This document shows positions 1 through 9,737 of a stretch of DNA of 64,000 bases, one piece after another. Every line of letters begins with the position of its first letter. The stretch's first letter is position 1. The notes under the pieces were generated by a model. It was not told where the DNA came from. It was given only the letters and a program-made list of their open reading frames with translations, and did no database searches. The stretch comes from an uncultured Prevotella sp. (GTDB lineage Bacteria > Bacteroidota > Bacteroidia > Bacteroidales > Bacteroidaceae), in contig CAJODF010000014.1 in the NCBI GenBank assembly GCA_905233555.1, positions 4,043-68,042 on the forward strand, written 5' to 3'. The position numbers and the translations under genes were made by a program.

Positions 1-426
1 TGCTCCATCATTAACGACCCACCAAGTATTGCTACACCAAAAGAAGTTGCCATCCTTAGAAATAGCACCATTCATATAGAGTGCAGAAGTAAAGTAACTG
101 AACTTAAAATTATTATTCAAGTCAAAGGATGGAGTAATCTGTCCACCAATACCAAACCACTTGCTGATTTTCTTACCAGCACGGAACAAATAACCAGCAT
201 AACTGCAATTTGCGCCTGTATAAAGGTCAAGTCCTACGGCTGTATAATTACCTAATCCATATTGGAATGTGGTATAGGTTTCCTGAGCGTTAATACCAGG
301 GCGAGCCTTTAAAGAGGTATATCCATAGAGTTTACCATCACCCACCGTTCCTGCGAAATAAGGTACCTGAGCCTTTGCTGAGATGACTATTACTGTCATC
401 ACCAGCATCAATATTATCTTCTTCAT
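1..426 (-). CDS. Secreted, probable outer-membrane beta-barrel protein (partial, runs off the left edge; not in the ORF track)
   Basis: ATG at 426 overlaps the BCCT stop (ATGA). The frame is open to position 1: MKKIILMLVMTVIVISAKA-QVPYFAGTVGDGKLYGYTSLKARPG...FQYGLG..AVGLDLY..YAGYLFRAG..WFGIGGQITPSFDL. Signal peptide followed by alternating aromatic/Gly beta-strands. Confidence 0.7.
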   Translation of the reverse strand, partial: MKKIILMLVMTVIVISAKAQVPYFAGTVGDGKLYGYTSLKARPGINAQETYTTFQYGLGNYTAVGLDLYTGANCSYAGYLFRAGKKISKWFGIGGQITPSFDLNNNFKFSYFTSALYMNGAISKDGNFFWCSNTWWVVNDGA

Positions 427-1922
427 TTCTTAATGAGATTTGATTTTCTTAAGTCCTTAACTAATGCGGGCATCATCGCTATCATCACAATTAGGAATGG
501 TAGCGTTGCTGCAATTGATATTGTCTGCAATGGTTTCAAACTTCCAGCAGACAACAAAATATATGCAATAGTAGCGACAACGATACCCCATACCACCTTT
601 TTATAAACTGGAGGATTGATATCGCCATTGGTAGTCATCACACTCAGAGAATAGGTGGCAGAGTCTGCAGATGTGATAAAGAACACGCCCAACAGAACGC
701 AAATCATAACCGAGATGACCTTGCTCAACGGATAATGGCTGAACACGATAAATACTGCGGTTTCTGGTGATGCAATCAACTGTTGTACACTCTCTAAACT
801 CCACCCCTGTACAGTGCTTAATGCAATGGCACTAAACACCGAAAGCCAAATGATGGTGAATACCGTGGGAACAATCACTACACCCATGATAAACTCACGG
901 ATAGTGCGTCCTTTTGAAATTCTAGCCACGAACATTCCTACAAATGGTACCCAAGCCACAAACCAAGCATAGTAGAACACACGCCAATTCATTACCCAGT
1001 CGTTATCGCCAAAGGCATTAATCATAAACACGTCCTTGAAGAAATACTGGATATGCTGACCTACACTATTGGTCAGATTATTCAGAATAGTTATCTTCGG
1101 GCCAACTATAAAGGCTATCGCCAGAAGTGCCAATGCCAATATTGTATTGAAGTTTGAGAGGATCTTAATACCCTTATAGACACCAGAAATGGCACTAATG
1201 ATAAATACAAGAGTGATAAAGATGATTATCCACATAATGGTTTCCTGTGTTTTGGGGATTCCAAATAGATGTTCCAAACCGCCACAGATTTGACTGACAC
1301 CTAGACCAAGTGAAGTAGCTACTCCGGCGAAGGAAACCACTACAGAGAAGCCATCGATGAATTTACCGAACCAGCCATTTGTTCTCTTCTCACCAACAAA
1401 TGGAGTCAGCAGATTACTTAATTGTGCATTCTTTCCCTTACGGAACTGAAAATATGCAACACCTAAACCAACAACAGCAAAGCACACCCACTGAGTAATA
1501 CCCCAATGCAGATAGCATGTACGTATGGAGAAATCTATCGCCTCCATTGTTCCAGCCTCTATACCATAAGGTGGTGCTGCATAATGTGACAAAGGCTCAG
1601 CTATGCTCCAGAACACCAAACCGATACCAGTGCTACCACAGAATAGCATGGCATACCAACTGAAAGTGCTAAATTCAGGTTTTTCATCGTCCTTACCTAA
1701 TTTCACCTTACCATATTTGCTCAATGATATCCATAGGCAGAAGCCTATGAAAGCAACAATTGACAAGATATAGAGCCAGCCAAAATAATAGCTAACCCAC
1801 GACATGAATGCCCCAGAAATCTCACTCAAAGTACTGCTATATGCAGCACCAAATACAATCACACCGATTGCTATTAACAGAGTCCAAACAAAGACACTGT
1901 TCTCCTTAAACCATTTTTTCAT
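423..1922 (-). CDS. BCCT (betaine/choline/carnitine) family transporter
   Basis: 499 aa, about 12 TM segments. Motifs KPEFSTFSWYAMLF, GIGLVFWSIAEPL, HWG, WRVFYYAWFVAWVPFVGMFVARISKGRTIREF, FFITSADS. Confidence 0.93.
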   Translation of the reverse strand: MKKWFKENSVFVWTLLIAIGVIVFGAAYSSTLSEISGAFMSWVSYYFGWLYILSIVAFIGFCLWISLSKYGKVKLGKDDEKPEFSTFSWYAMLFCGSTGIGLVFWSIAEPLSHYAAPPYGIEAGTMEAIDFSIRTCYLHWGITQWVCFAVVGLGVAYFQFRKGKNAQLSNLLTPFVGEKRTNGWFGKFIDGFSVVVSFAGVATSLGLGVSQICGGLEHLFGIPKTQETIMWIIIFITLVFIISAISGVYKGIKILSNFNTILALALLAIAFIVGPKITILNNLTNSVGQHIQYFFKDVFMINAFGDNDWVMNWRVFYYAWFVAWVPFVGMFVARISKGRTIREFIMGVVIVPTVFTIIWLSVFSAIALSTVQGWSLESVQQLIASPETAVFIVFSHYPLSKVISVMICVLLGVFFITSADSATYSLSVMTTNGDINPPVYKKVVWGIVVATIAYILLSAGSLKPLQTISIAATLPFLIVMIAMMPALVKDLRKSNLIKK

Positions 1923-1924
1923 TA

Positions 1925-2989
1925 TTAAAAAGCTTTTATCGCACTAACGACCTGTTCCACTTCATTGTCCGCCATTGCAGGATATATTGGCAAAGACAAT
2001 GTACTTTGGGCTATATGCTCAGCAACAGGGAAGCCCTGAGGCTCTTGTCCTAAATAATTATGTAACAACTCGTATGTTTCGATAGGAATAATTGTTTTAA
2101 TTCCCTTCTGATATAGATATGAAGATAATAGTTTAATATTTTCTTGCTTGAGTCGAATTATATACCTGTAATTATTATATTGACAATCAAACAAAGGACT
2201 TTGTTTTACAATTCCTTTACTATTAAACACCTCATCATACAGAGCCGCTATTTTTTTTCTTCTCTCAAGAAAAACATCTACCTTCTTTAATTGGCTTCTT
2301 CCAAGAGCTGCATTAAGGTCAGATACCTGAAAATTAAATCTTGGTTGGTATTCCTCAACGCAATCAAATTCCCTGTATTCTTTTGTCTTTTGATTCAAAC
2401 TTTTATCGCGGGTCATAACAAAACCGCCATAACCCATCGCACAAAATTTGGATGCATAGAATGACAACACGCTAATTTTTGCTATTCTTCCTACGTGATT
2501 AGACTCTCCGTTTTCACAAATAATCTTTGTTCCAAGGGCAGTTGCACAATCCTCAATAATTGGGATTCCTTCAAAACATTCACCAGGTACAAATGCTGGT
2601 ACACCATGAACATGAGGGACTATTATCGCTTGAGTCTTCTCTGTGATTCTCTCTGCAACCTTATTCCAATCAATATTAAAATCTTGCTCTTTAACATCAA
2701 CCAAAACTGGCGTTGCCCCTATCATATAAATGGCGTTTAATAATGCTGAGCATACATATGTTGGCAAAATCACTTCTCCACCTTTTCCTACATTTAATGC
2801 ATATAAAGCCAAATATATTGCAGTGGTACCACTATTAACTAGGGTCGCATAAGGAATCTTTGTGTAAGTAGACAACTCTTGCTCCAGCATATCTGCCTCA
2901 TGACCTTGAGCAACATAACCAGTTTTCAATGCTGCAACAATCGCATCTTGATCACTTTGGTCAAAATATGGTTTATTATGCTGAATCAT
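1925..2989 (-). CDS. DegT/DnrJ/EryC1/StrS-family PLP-dependent sugar aminotransferase
   Basis: NSGTTAIYLAL, IIEDCA, SFYASK (PLP lysine), LSLPIYP. Confidence 0.9.
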   Translation of the reverse strand: MIQHNKPYFDQSDQDAIVAALKTGYVAQGHEADMLEQELSTYTKIPYATLVNSGTTAIYLALYALNVGKGGEVILPTYVCSALLNAIYMIGATPVLVDVKEQDFNIDWNKVAERITEKTQAIIVPHVHGVPAFVPGECFEGIPIIEDCATALGTKIICENGESNHVGRIAKISVLSFYASKFCAMGYGGFVMTRDKSLNQKTKEYREFDCVEEYQPRFNFQVSDLNAALGRSQLKKVDVFLERRKKIAALYDEVFNSKGIVKQSPLFDCQYNNYRYIIRLKQENIKLLSSYLYQKGIKTIIPIETYELLHNYLGQEPQGFPVAEHIAQSTLSLPIYPAMADNEVEQVVSAIKAF

Positions 2990-3008
2990 AATAATCTGCC
3001 ACCGTTGT

Positions 3009-4145
3009 TTATTTCAACTTTTCCCAATTGTCAACAAGCACTTGCCAAGGTTCCAAATCATTGGGATCATAATAGTAAGTACATTTAGCTGCTTTAAAGT
3101 CTTTCAACCACTCTGGAAGCGTGCAGCGTCCTTCTTCTACTCGTTTTGCATAATCAATCGGTTCAACCATTGAAGTGAATGGTTCAAAGTCTTTCACTTC
3201 GGGTATTTCTCCTGTAAGCATAGACTTGCACCAGAGATATGCCAAAGGGTATCCTGCTACCGCTGAAGAATAACTCCAAGTTGTATTACGGAAGTTAATC
3301 TCTAGGAAATATAATTGATCATCAGGTCCAACCAAGAACTCGGCATCAAAGACACCCTCAAAACCTATTTCTGCTATCATGGCTGCAAGTTTTTTCTTCA
3401 ATTCTTGATCCTGAATGGGCTTGTCAATATGGTATGGGCTATAATACCCCTTAATGGTATAGAGATACGAGCATTGAATGGCAGCAAACATGTCTTTACC
3501 ATGATTCACGCTATAGCCCTCGATTGTCATCTCAGTCTTCTTCTCAACAAACTTTTGGATAAGCACCAACGGGCTCTTAATGCGCTTAAAGGCCTCTTTA
3601 AGTTCATCCTCGCTATAGCAGATGTTAACATCGCCTTTCCATGCACCAGTATTGGGAGATATAGCCTTCGTTATAACAGGGTACTCAGCATGCTTAGGTA
3701 GCTCGCCACACTTAACGACCTCGGTGGGGAGAATCTGAACACCATGGCGCTTTGCACACTCCAGTATCTCAAACTTATCAAGATACTTACGTATTTGATG
3801 ATTACCACCTGCATTGAAGAAGATAAACTTATCTTTCAATTCCTCATGGTGATTCTCAAACAACTCAACAGTACTATCATCGCTGAACTGAACAAATGGC
3901 TTTAGTCCTGTCTTTTCTGCAACATCACCATACTTTTCAAGGAGTAAGTCAAGTGCTTCTTGATCATCATTTACTAGATATGTCGTCTTTACATACTTAC
4001 TGGCAGAGGCAACTTTGGCCTTATATTTGATACCAATAAAGATAGTTTCTATGCCATTTTCTCCAAGGCAGCGTATTACGCCAAGTGGGGTGTAATGCTC
4101 CATGCCTATTAAAATCACCAAGCGGTTTTCTAATACTTTATCCAT
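3009..4145 (-). CDS. ATP-grasp carboxylate-amine ligase
   Basis: YPVITK, LIQKFV, FEGVFDAEF, YFLEINFRN ATP-grasp motifs. Confidence 0.8.
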   Translation of the reverse strand: MDKVLENRLVILIGMEHYTPLGVIRCLGENGIETIFIGIKYKAKVASASKYVKTTYLVNDDQEALDLLLEKYGDVAEKTGLKPFVQFSDDSTVELFENHHEELKDKFIFFNAGGNHQIRKYLDKFEILECAKRHGVQILPTEVVKCGELPKHAEYPVITKAISPNTGAWKGDVNICYSEDELKEAFKRIKSPLVLIQKFVEKKTEMTIEGYSVNHGKDMFAAIQCSYLYTIKGYYSPYHIDKPIQDQELKKKLAAMIAEIGFEGVFDAEFLVGPDDQLYFLEINFRNTTWSYSSAVAGYPLAYLWCKSMLTGEIPEVKDFEPFTSMVEPIDYAKRVEEGRCTLPEWLKDFKAAKCTYYYDPNDLEPWQVLVDNWEKLK

Positions 4146-4147
4146 TT

Positions 4148-4636
4148 TTATTTATTTTCAGTATGTTTGCGTTCGTAGAATCCTGGATATATAACAGCAG
4201 GGTTTCCTTTAATTAACGAATAAGGAGGAATTTCGCCACCTTTAATGAGAATAGTTCCGGCTGCTACCACAGAATGGTGACCAATATGTGTGTCACCTCC
4301 TATAAAGCAATGACTACCCACAAAGACATTTTCATCTAACGTAATAGGGCCACGTTCAATTTCATCACTAATGCCAACAGAACGTTTATGACTATCAGCA
4401 ACGTTTATACAAACGAAAGAAGCAATATCGCACCCTTTCTTAATTGTCACCTTTGATCCTCTGGCATTTATTTCGGACAGATATCCAATATATACATCAT
4501 CTGCGATTTCAGCACACTCAGGCCCATTAATAAATACAAAGGGATGAAACGGATTCTTCTTTAATTCTAATATTTCTATCAGATTTTTAAGAATAGTTTC
4601 CTTGTCTCCTGTTACAAAGTCGTATTTCTTTTCCAT
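4148..4636 (-). CDS. Left-handed beta-helix (hexapeptide repeat) acyltransferase
   Basis: IADDVYIG, LDENVFVGSHCFIGGDTHIGHHSVVAAG, GNPA. Confidence 0.82.
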   Translation of the reverse strand: MEKKYDFVTGDKETILKNLIEILELKKNPFHPFVFINGPECAEIADDVYIGYLSEINARGSKVTIKKGCDIASFVCINVADSHKRSVGISDEIERGPITLDENVFVGSHCFIGGDTHIGHHSVVAAGTILIKGGEIPPYSLIKGNPAVIYPGFYERKHTENK

Positions 4637-4639
4637 ATA

Positions 4640-5626
4640 TTACAGCGATTTGAATATTTTGACAAGGTTCTCTGCAGTGTCGTTTATCAGTGCCTTCTGA
4701 TTATAAACGTAATTGACAGCTACAGTAATATTCATTTCTCTATAGGCCTTGGCAAACTTCTCATCAAAGTTATCCAACATGTCACCTATTTCACAACCCA
4801 GACCATTTTTCTGGTTGTACTGTGATATAAACATTTGGTTATCACAATCATATCCACAGATAATGGGACGCCTCAAGCAACAAGCTTCAAAAAACACCAT
4901 GCTATCTGGCACAACCGCCAAACAGGCATCTCGTAATAGAGCCACAATTTGCTCTGGAGAGGCATTGCGATAAACACTTATATCTTTAGCTTCCGCATAA
5001 CTTAATAATTCATCGTAGAATTCATATCCACCGCCCACAACAACATCGATATGACGAGGGACATGGTTCATAATAATCTCACAAGCCCTGCGAGTAAAGT
5101 TCAACTCATCACTACCACCAAAGCAGACATAAACATTCTTATTTTCTCTGAAAGAAGTATAGTTATGAGTCGCATTTCTGAACTGTTTCCTTAAAAGAAG
5201 GTATTCGGGGCCAAGATAAAGGTGAGTGTAATCCTCTTTACTGAACTGATCCTCATTAGTGCCAGGTGCATGGTTAATGACAGCATCTGCAACATAATGC
5301 TTTTCATGCATATCATCAATACATACCAACTTACACCCCTTTGCTTTTATCTCGCACTGATACTTTGTTGTATAGAAATAATTGTCGAGAACCACTATTT
5401 CTGTTCCGTCAAGTTCTTCCAGAAAATCTTCGAATTTTGTTGTTTCAGACAGAGAAACATATGGACAAACCTTCTGCATCTCCCCAATCTGATAAGGAGT
5501 AGGTTCGGCTGTGTAAAACACACAGTCGAACTCATCATTCAACATATCGGCTAATGCCAATGAACGAATAAAATGGCCAAAACCTATATTCATTCCAGCA
5601 TCAGCCCGAAAGTAAATCTTTTGCAT
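4640..5626 (-). CDS. pseG: UDP-2,4-diacetamido-2,4,6-trideoxy-beta-L-altropyranose hydrolase
   Basis: FRADAG..IGFGHFIRSLALA, VVLDNY, CIDD, YLLLRKQF, FGGSD; lies directly after pseF. Confidence 0.85.
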   Translation of the reverse strand: MQKIYFRADAGMNIGFGHFIRSLALADMLNDEFDCVFYTAEPTPYQIGEMQKVCPYVSLSETTKFEDFLEELDGTEIVVLDNYFYTTKYQCEIKAKGCKLVCIDDMHEKHYVADAVINHAPGTNEDQFSKEDYTHLYLGPEYLLLRKQFRNATHNYTSFRENKNVYVCFGGSDELNFTRRACEIIMNHVPRHIDVVVGGGYEFYDELLSYAEAKDISVYRNASPEQIVALLRDACLAVVPDSMVFFEACCLRRPIICGYDCDNQMFISQYNQKNGLGCEIGDMLDNFDEKFAKAYREMNITVAVNYVYNQKALINDTAENLVKIFKSL

Positions 5627-6312
5627 TAACCTCTCGTCAACTTAAACTTCATCTCGGCGAGTTGCCAGTCTGTGAGCGTATCAAGATCCTGTACCTCTAG
5701 TTCGGATAGTACCAGCGGTGCAGTACGCTTACACCAAAGGGTAAATTCATCACGGAAAGCCTGTGTTTTGACGAAATAGAACTGACCTGCATCATGATAG
5801 AAAGGCTCTAAATCCTGAGTGCGTGCATCATAATACTGAGGAAAATTCATCTCCACATGTCCTTTTGAGTTCTTCTTTAGACTCCGCTGAACAGGATAAG
5901 AATACTGAACTACCGTGAAAGCCGCATCAACATCATCACCCAAAAGTTTATATGCTTCTTTGAGTCGATTTGCTGTCACAAAAGGTGCTGTTGAATACAG
6001 ACAACAGAAATAATCATACTCTTTTCCAAGTTTCTTATATTCGTCAAGCACCTCAAGCATTACATCCTCTGTGCCTGCATAATCATTAGAGGTCTTTTCT
6101 GAACGTAAGAATGGAACAGATGCTCCATACAGCCTTGCCACTTCCGCAAACTCTTCATCGTCTGTTGATACCATGACCTCATCAAATAGTCCGGATGCTT
6201 TTGCTGCCTCTATGGAATAAGCCATAATTGGTTTTCCCATAAAAGGTTTTATGTTTTTACGAGGGATACGTTTACTTCCGCTTCTTGCTGGTATTATACA
6301 CAAATTCTTCAT
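5626..6312 (-). CDS. pseF: Pseudaminic acid cytidylyltransferase
   Basis: IIPARSGSKRIPRKNIK, RTQDLE, YHDAGQFY, VQDLDT..DW.LAE. Confidence 0.9.
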   Translation of the reverse strand: MKNLCIIPARSGSKRIPRKNIKPFMGKPIMAYSIEAAKASGLFDEVMVSTDDEEFAEVARLYGASVPFLRSEKTSNDYAGTEDVMLEVLDEYKKLGKEYDYFCCLYSTAPFVTANRLKEAYKLLGDDVDAAFTVVQYSYPVQRSLKKNSKGHVEMNFPQYYDARTQDLEPFYHDAGQFYFVKTQAFRDEFTLWCKRTAPLVLSELEVQDLDTLTDWQLAEMKFKLTRG

Positions 6313-7475
6313 TACTTCATGTATTCTTTAACCTTCTCAATAATCCAATCCTGCTCTTCATAAGTCAGAGTTGGGAACATTGGCAATGCCAAGCACCTGG
6401 TGTAGTAATCTTCTGCAACTGGCATATCGCCATCTTTCCAACCTAAACTCTTATAGTAAGGCATTGTGTGAGCAGGGATATAAAGCACCTGTGAGTAAAC
6501 ATTGTTTGCGCGCAGGAAATCATAAAGACCTTTTCGCTTGGCAGAATCTACCTGAATGATATACAGGTGGAAAGCATGAACAAGGCCTTCTGCACGGAAA
6601 GGAGTCTTTACAGCCGTACCTTCGAAGGCTTCATCATATTTCTTAGCAATCTCGTTACGGCGCTGTATACTCCAATTCAGACGCTTCAACTGGCTGATAC
6701 CCAAAGCAGCCTGCATCTCAGTGATACGGTAGTTATACCCCAATTCCTGCATCTCATAATACCAACCACCATCATTCTTTTTCAGAAGAGCGGGATCTTT
6801 GGTAATACCGTGAGTGCGGAAGAGTGCCACCTTCTCATAGAGGTCTTTACGGTTGGAGGTTACTGCACCACCCTCACCAGTTGCTATATGCTTTACTGGA
6901 TGAAAAGAGAACACGGTAAGGTCTGCATACTTGCAGTTACCAATCATCTGTTTCTCACCTTTGCTATCAATGAAACTTCCACCAGGGGCATGGCAAGCAT
7001 CAACCACAATGGCAAACTTGTATTCATCAGCCAACTTGCGAAGTTTCTCCTCATCAATAGGATATCCGGCAAAGTCAACAGGAACAACAGCCTTGTATGT
7101 GCACTTAGGTGACGCTTTTAGAATCTGCTCCAACTTATCCAGGTCCATCAGGAAGGTCTTAGGATCAATGTCGCAAAACACCACCTCTGCGCCCTGATAA
7201 CGGAAGCCATTAGCAGAAGCCACAAAAGTGATCGGAGTAGTAATAATCTTGTCACCTGGCTTGATATCAAGTGCCATAGCACAGAGATGTAGGGCTGCAG
7301 TGCCGTTGCTCACCATGCAAGCATATTTACAACCCAAATAATCAGCGAAAGTCTTTTCGAACTCACCAATCAGAGGGCCTTGCGTCATATAGTCTGACTT
7401 CAAGGCTGCAATTACGGCATCAACATCCTCTTGAGTGACACTCTGATGACCGTATGGAATTGGTTTTATAATCAT
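6312..7475 (-). CDS. pseC: UDP-4-amino-4,6-dideoxy-N-acetyl-beta-L-altrosamine transaminase
   Basis: IPYGHQ, TQGP, SNGTAALH, FSFHPVKHIATGEGG, LFRTHGI, LGYNYR. ATG at 7475 preferred over TTG at 7481. Confidence 0.92.
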   Translation of the reverse strand: MIIKPIPYGHQSVTQEDVDAVIAALKSDYMTQGPLIGEFEKTFADYLGCKYACMVSNGTAALHLCAMALDIKPGDKIITTPITFVASANGFRYQGAEVVFCDIDPKTFLMDLDKLEQILKASPKCTYKAVVPVDFAGYPIDEEKLRKLADEYKFAIVVDACHAPGGSFIDSKGEKQMIGNCKYADLTVFSFHPVKHIATGEGGAVTSNRKDLYEKVALFRTHGITKDPALLKKNDGGWYYEMQELGYNYRITEMQAALGISQLKRLNWSIQRRNEIAKKYDEAFEGTAVKTPFRAEGLVHAFHLYIIQVDSAKRKGLYDFLRANNVYSQVLYIPAHTMPYYKSLGWKDGDMPVAEDYYTRCLALPMFPTLTYEEQDWIIEKVKEYMK

Positions 7476-7490
7476 AATCAATATATACTA

Positions 7491-8510
7491 TTATTTAACT
7501 TCGAAACCAGGAATGACTTTTGCAAATTTCTCACGGAGTGTTTCTACAGTATCCCAATCCTTATTATTATCAGAAGCGAAATAGAATCCTTGTTCAACAA
7601 ACTTTGCGTTATAATGTTTCAAATAATCCTCAGTCGTCCAACAGAACGAAACAGAAGGAAGAATAGCATAATACTTACCAATATCAATAGTTGATAACGA
7701 GTCGGTAGCCGTAATCATTTCTTCGTGAAGTTTCTCTCCTGGACGAATACCCACTTCAACCTGCTTCAAATCAGGTGCGATAGCTGTTGCCACGTCACTA
7801 ATTCTGTATGAAGGAATCTTTGGAATAAAAATCTCGCCACCCAGATGGTGACCAAGGGCCCACATCACAAGGTCAACGCCTTCCTGCAAAGATATATTGA
7901 AACGAGTCATACGCATATCGGTAATAGGAAGTTCTTTCGCGCCCTGATCTCTCAGTTTGATAAAAAAAGGTATAACGGAGCCACGAGAACCCATTACATT
8001 TCCATATCGTACAACAGAGAAGCGAATATCCTTAGAACCCTTTATATTGTTTGCAGCAGTGAAGAGCTTATCACTCGTAAGTTTAGTTGCACCATAAAGG
8101 TTAATTGGCGCACAAGCTTTATCAGTAGAAAGAGCGACAACATCTTTTACTCCACAAGCAAGGGCAGCATTAATAACATTCACAGCACCATCCACATTCG
8201 TTTTTATACACTCACGGGGGTTGTACTCTGCGGTATCCACTTGCTTAATGGCAGCTGCATGGATAATCACGTCAACACCTTCACAGGCCATCTTCAGACG
8301 TTCTCCATCGCGCACATCACCAATCAGATAGCGGAGCATGGGATAATCCTTTTCAGGATATTTCTGCTTCATGTTATACTGTTTCAACTCTCCACGTGAA
8401 TAGATAACTATCTTCTTCACATTAGGATAATCACGGAGAATTGTTTCCACAAATTTATTACCAAAGGAACCTGTTCCTCCAGTAATCAAAACAACCTTAC
8501 CATTTAACAT
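7491..8510 (-). CDS. pseB: UDP-N-acetylglucosamine 4,6-dehydratase (inverting)
   Basis: ITGGTGSFG, ALSTDKA, NLYGATK, RYGNVMGSRGSV, MTRF, GIRPGEKLHE. Confidence 0.95.
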   Translation of the reverse strand: MLNGKVVLITGGTGSFGNKFVETILRDYPNVKKIVIYSRGELKQYNMKQKYPEKDYPMLRYLIGDVRDGERLKMACEGVDVIIHAAAIKQVDTAEYNPRECIKTNVDGAVNVINAALACGVKDVVALSTDKACAPINLYGATKLTSDKLFTAANNIKGSKDIRFSVVRYGNVMGSRGSVIPFFIKLRDQGAKELPITDMRMTRFNISLQEGVDLVMWALGHHLGGEIFIPKIPSYRISDVATAIAPDLKQVEVGIRPGEKLHEEMITATDSLSTIDIGKYYAILPSVSFCWTTEDYLKHYNAKFVEQGFYFASDNNKDWDTVETLREKFAKVIPGFEVK

Positions 8511-8545
8511 AATTGTTTATTTTAATTCACAGTGTCTTTTATATA

Positions 8546-9634
8546 CTATTTTACGATTCCTTTTTCCAAATATTCTGCCAAATTGGTACGAACCTTTTCA
8601 GCGGCACCCTCACTAGCGACTTTTGCCATATCACTATCAACCATAATATTGACCAACTCTTCAAATGTAGTCTTATTGGGATTCCATCTTAACTTGGCTT
8701 TGGCTTTGGTTGGGTCCCCCCAGAGGTTTACCACATCGGTAGGACGATAGAAATCAGGTGATACTTCAATCAGCACATTGCCTGTAGCCTTGTCAATACC
8801 CTTCTCATCGGCTCCCTCACCTTTGAACTCCAATTCTATACCGACATGTTTAAAAGCATAGTAGCAGAACTCACGAACAGAGTGCTGAACACCTGTGGCT
8901 ATGACGAAATCCTCTGGCTTGTCCTGTTGCAGAATCAACCACATGCATTCCACATAGTCTTTTGCATATCCCCAGTCGCGCAGGGAGCCAAGGTTGCCTA
9001 GATAGAGTTTATCTTGCTTACCCTGTTTTATACGAGCCGCAGCAAGCGTAATCTTGCGGGTTACGAAGGTCTCACCACGACGTTCTGATTCGTGGTTGAA
9101 CAATATACCTGAGCAACAATACATATTGTATGCCTCACGATACTCCTTGATAATCCAGAAACCATACTGTTTGGCAACAGCATAAGGTGAATAAGGATGA
9201 AAGGGCGTATTCTCATTCTGAGGGACCTCTTCAACTTTACCATAGAGTTCAGATGTGGAAGCCTGATAAATACGGCAGGTATCCGTCATACCCAATTGGC
9301 GCACTGCTTCAAGAATACGAAGTACACCCACAGCATCAACATCTGCCGTGAATTCTGGTGAATCAAAACTCACTTGCACATGGCTTTGGGCTGCCAAATT
9401 GTATATTTCATCTGGTTTTACTTTACCTATCACGCCAAGAATACTCATCGAGTCGCCAAGATCAGCATAATGCAAATGGAAATGTGGTCTGCCTTCAAGA
9501 TGCGCAATGCGCTCACGAAAATCTACGCTACTACGTCTAATCGTTCCATGTACATCGTAACCTTTCTCTAATAAAAACTCGGCCAGATAACTACCATCTT
9601 GGCCAGTTATTCCTGTTATTAATGCTTTCTTCAT
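8546..9634 (-). CDS. gmd: GDP-mannose 4,6-dehydratase
   Basis: [51 protein letters not shown]. Confidence 0.97.
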   Translation of the reverse strand: MKKALITGITGQDGSYLAEFLLEKGYDVHGTIRRSSVDFRERIAHLEGRPHFHLHYADLGDSMSILGVIGKVKPDEIYNLAAQSHVQVSFDSPEFTADVDAVGVLRILEAVRQLGMTDTCRIYQASTSELYGKVEEVPQNENTPFHPYSPYAVAKQYGFWIIKEYREAYNMYCCSGILFNHESERRGETFVTRKITLAAARIKQGKQDKLYLGNLGSLRDWGYAKDYVECMWLILQQDKPEDFVIATGVQHSVREFCYYAFKHVGIELEFKGEGADEKGIDKATGNVLIEVSPDFYRPTDVVNLWGDPTKAKAKLRWNPNKTTFEELVNIMVDSDMAKVASEGAAEKVRTNLAEYLEKGIVK

Positions 9635-9678
9635 TATATTATAGTTGTTTGAATAACTTCCGAATCCTACGATTAGAC

Positions 9679-9728
9679 CTACAATAGCGCTACAATAGCC
9701 TTACAATAGCGCTATACTATTGTAAGGC
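9679..9728. repeat. 11-bp tandem repeat ending in a perfect 12-bp stem-loop
   Basis: CTACAATAGCG CTACAATAGCC TTACAATAGCG; GCCTTACAATAG (9698-9709) is the exact reverse complement of CTATTGTAAGGC (9717-9728). Confidence 0.85.
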
Positions 9729-9737
9729 CTTGATGTT

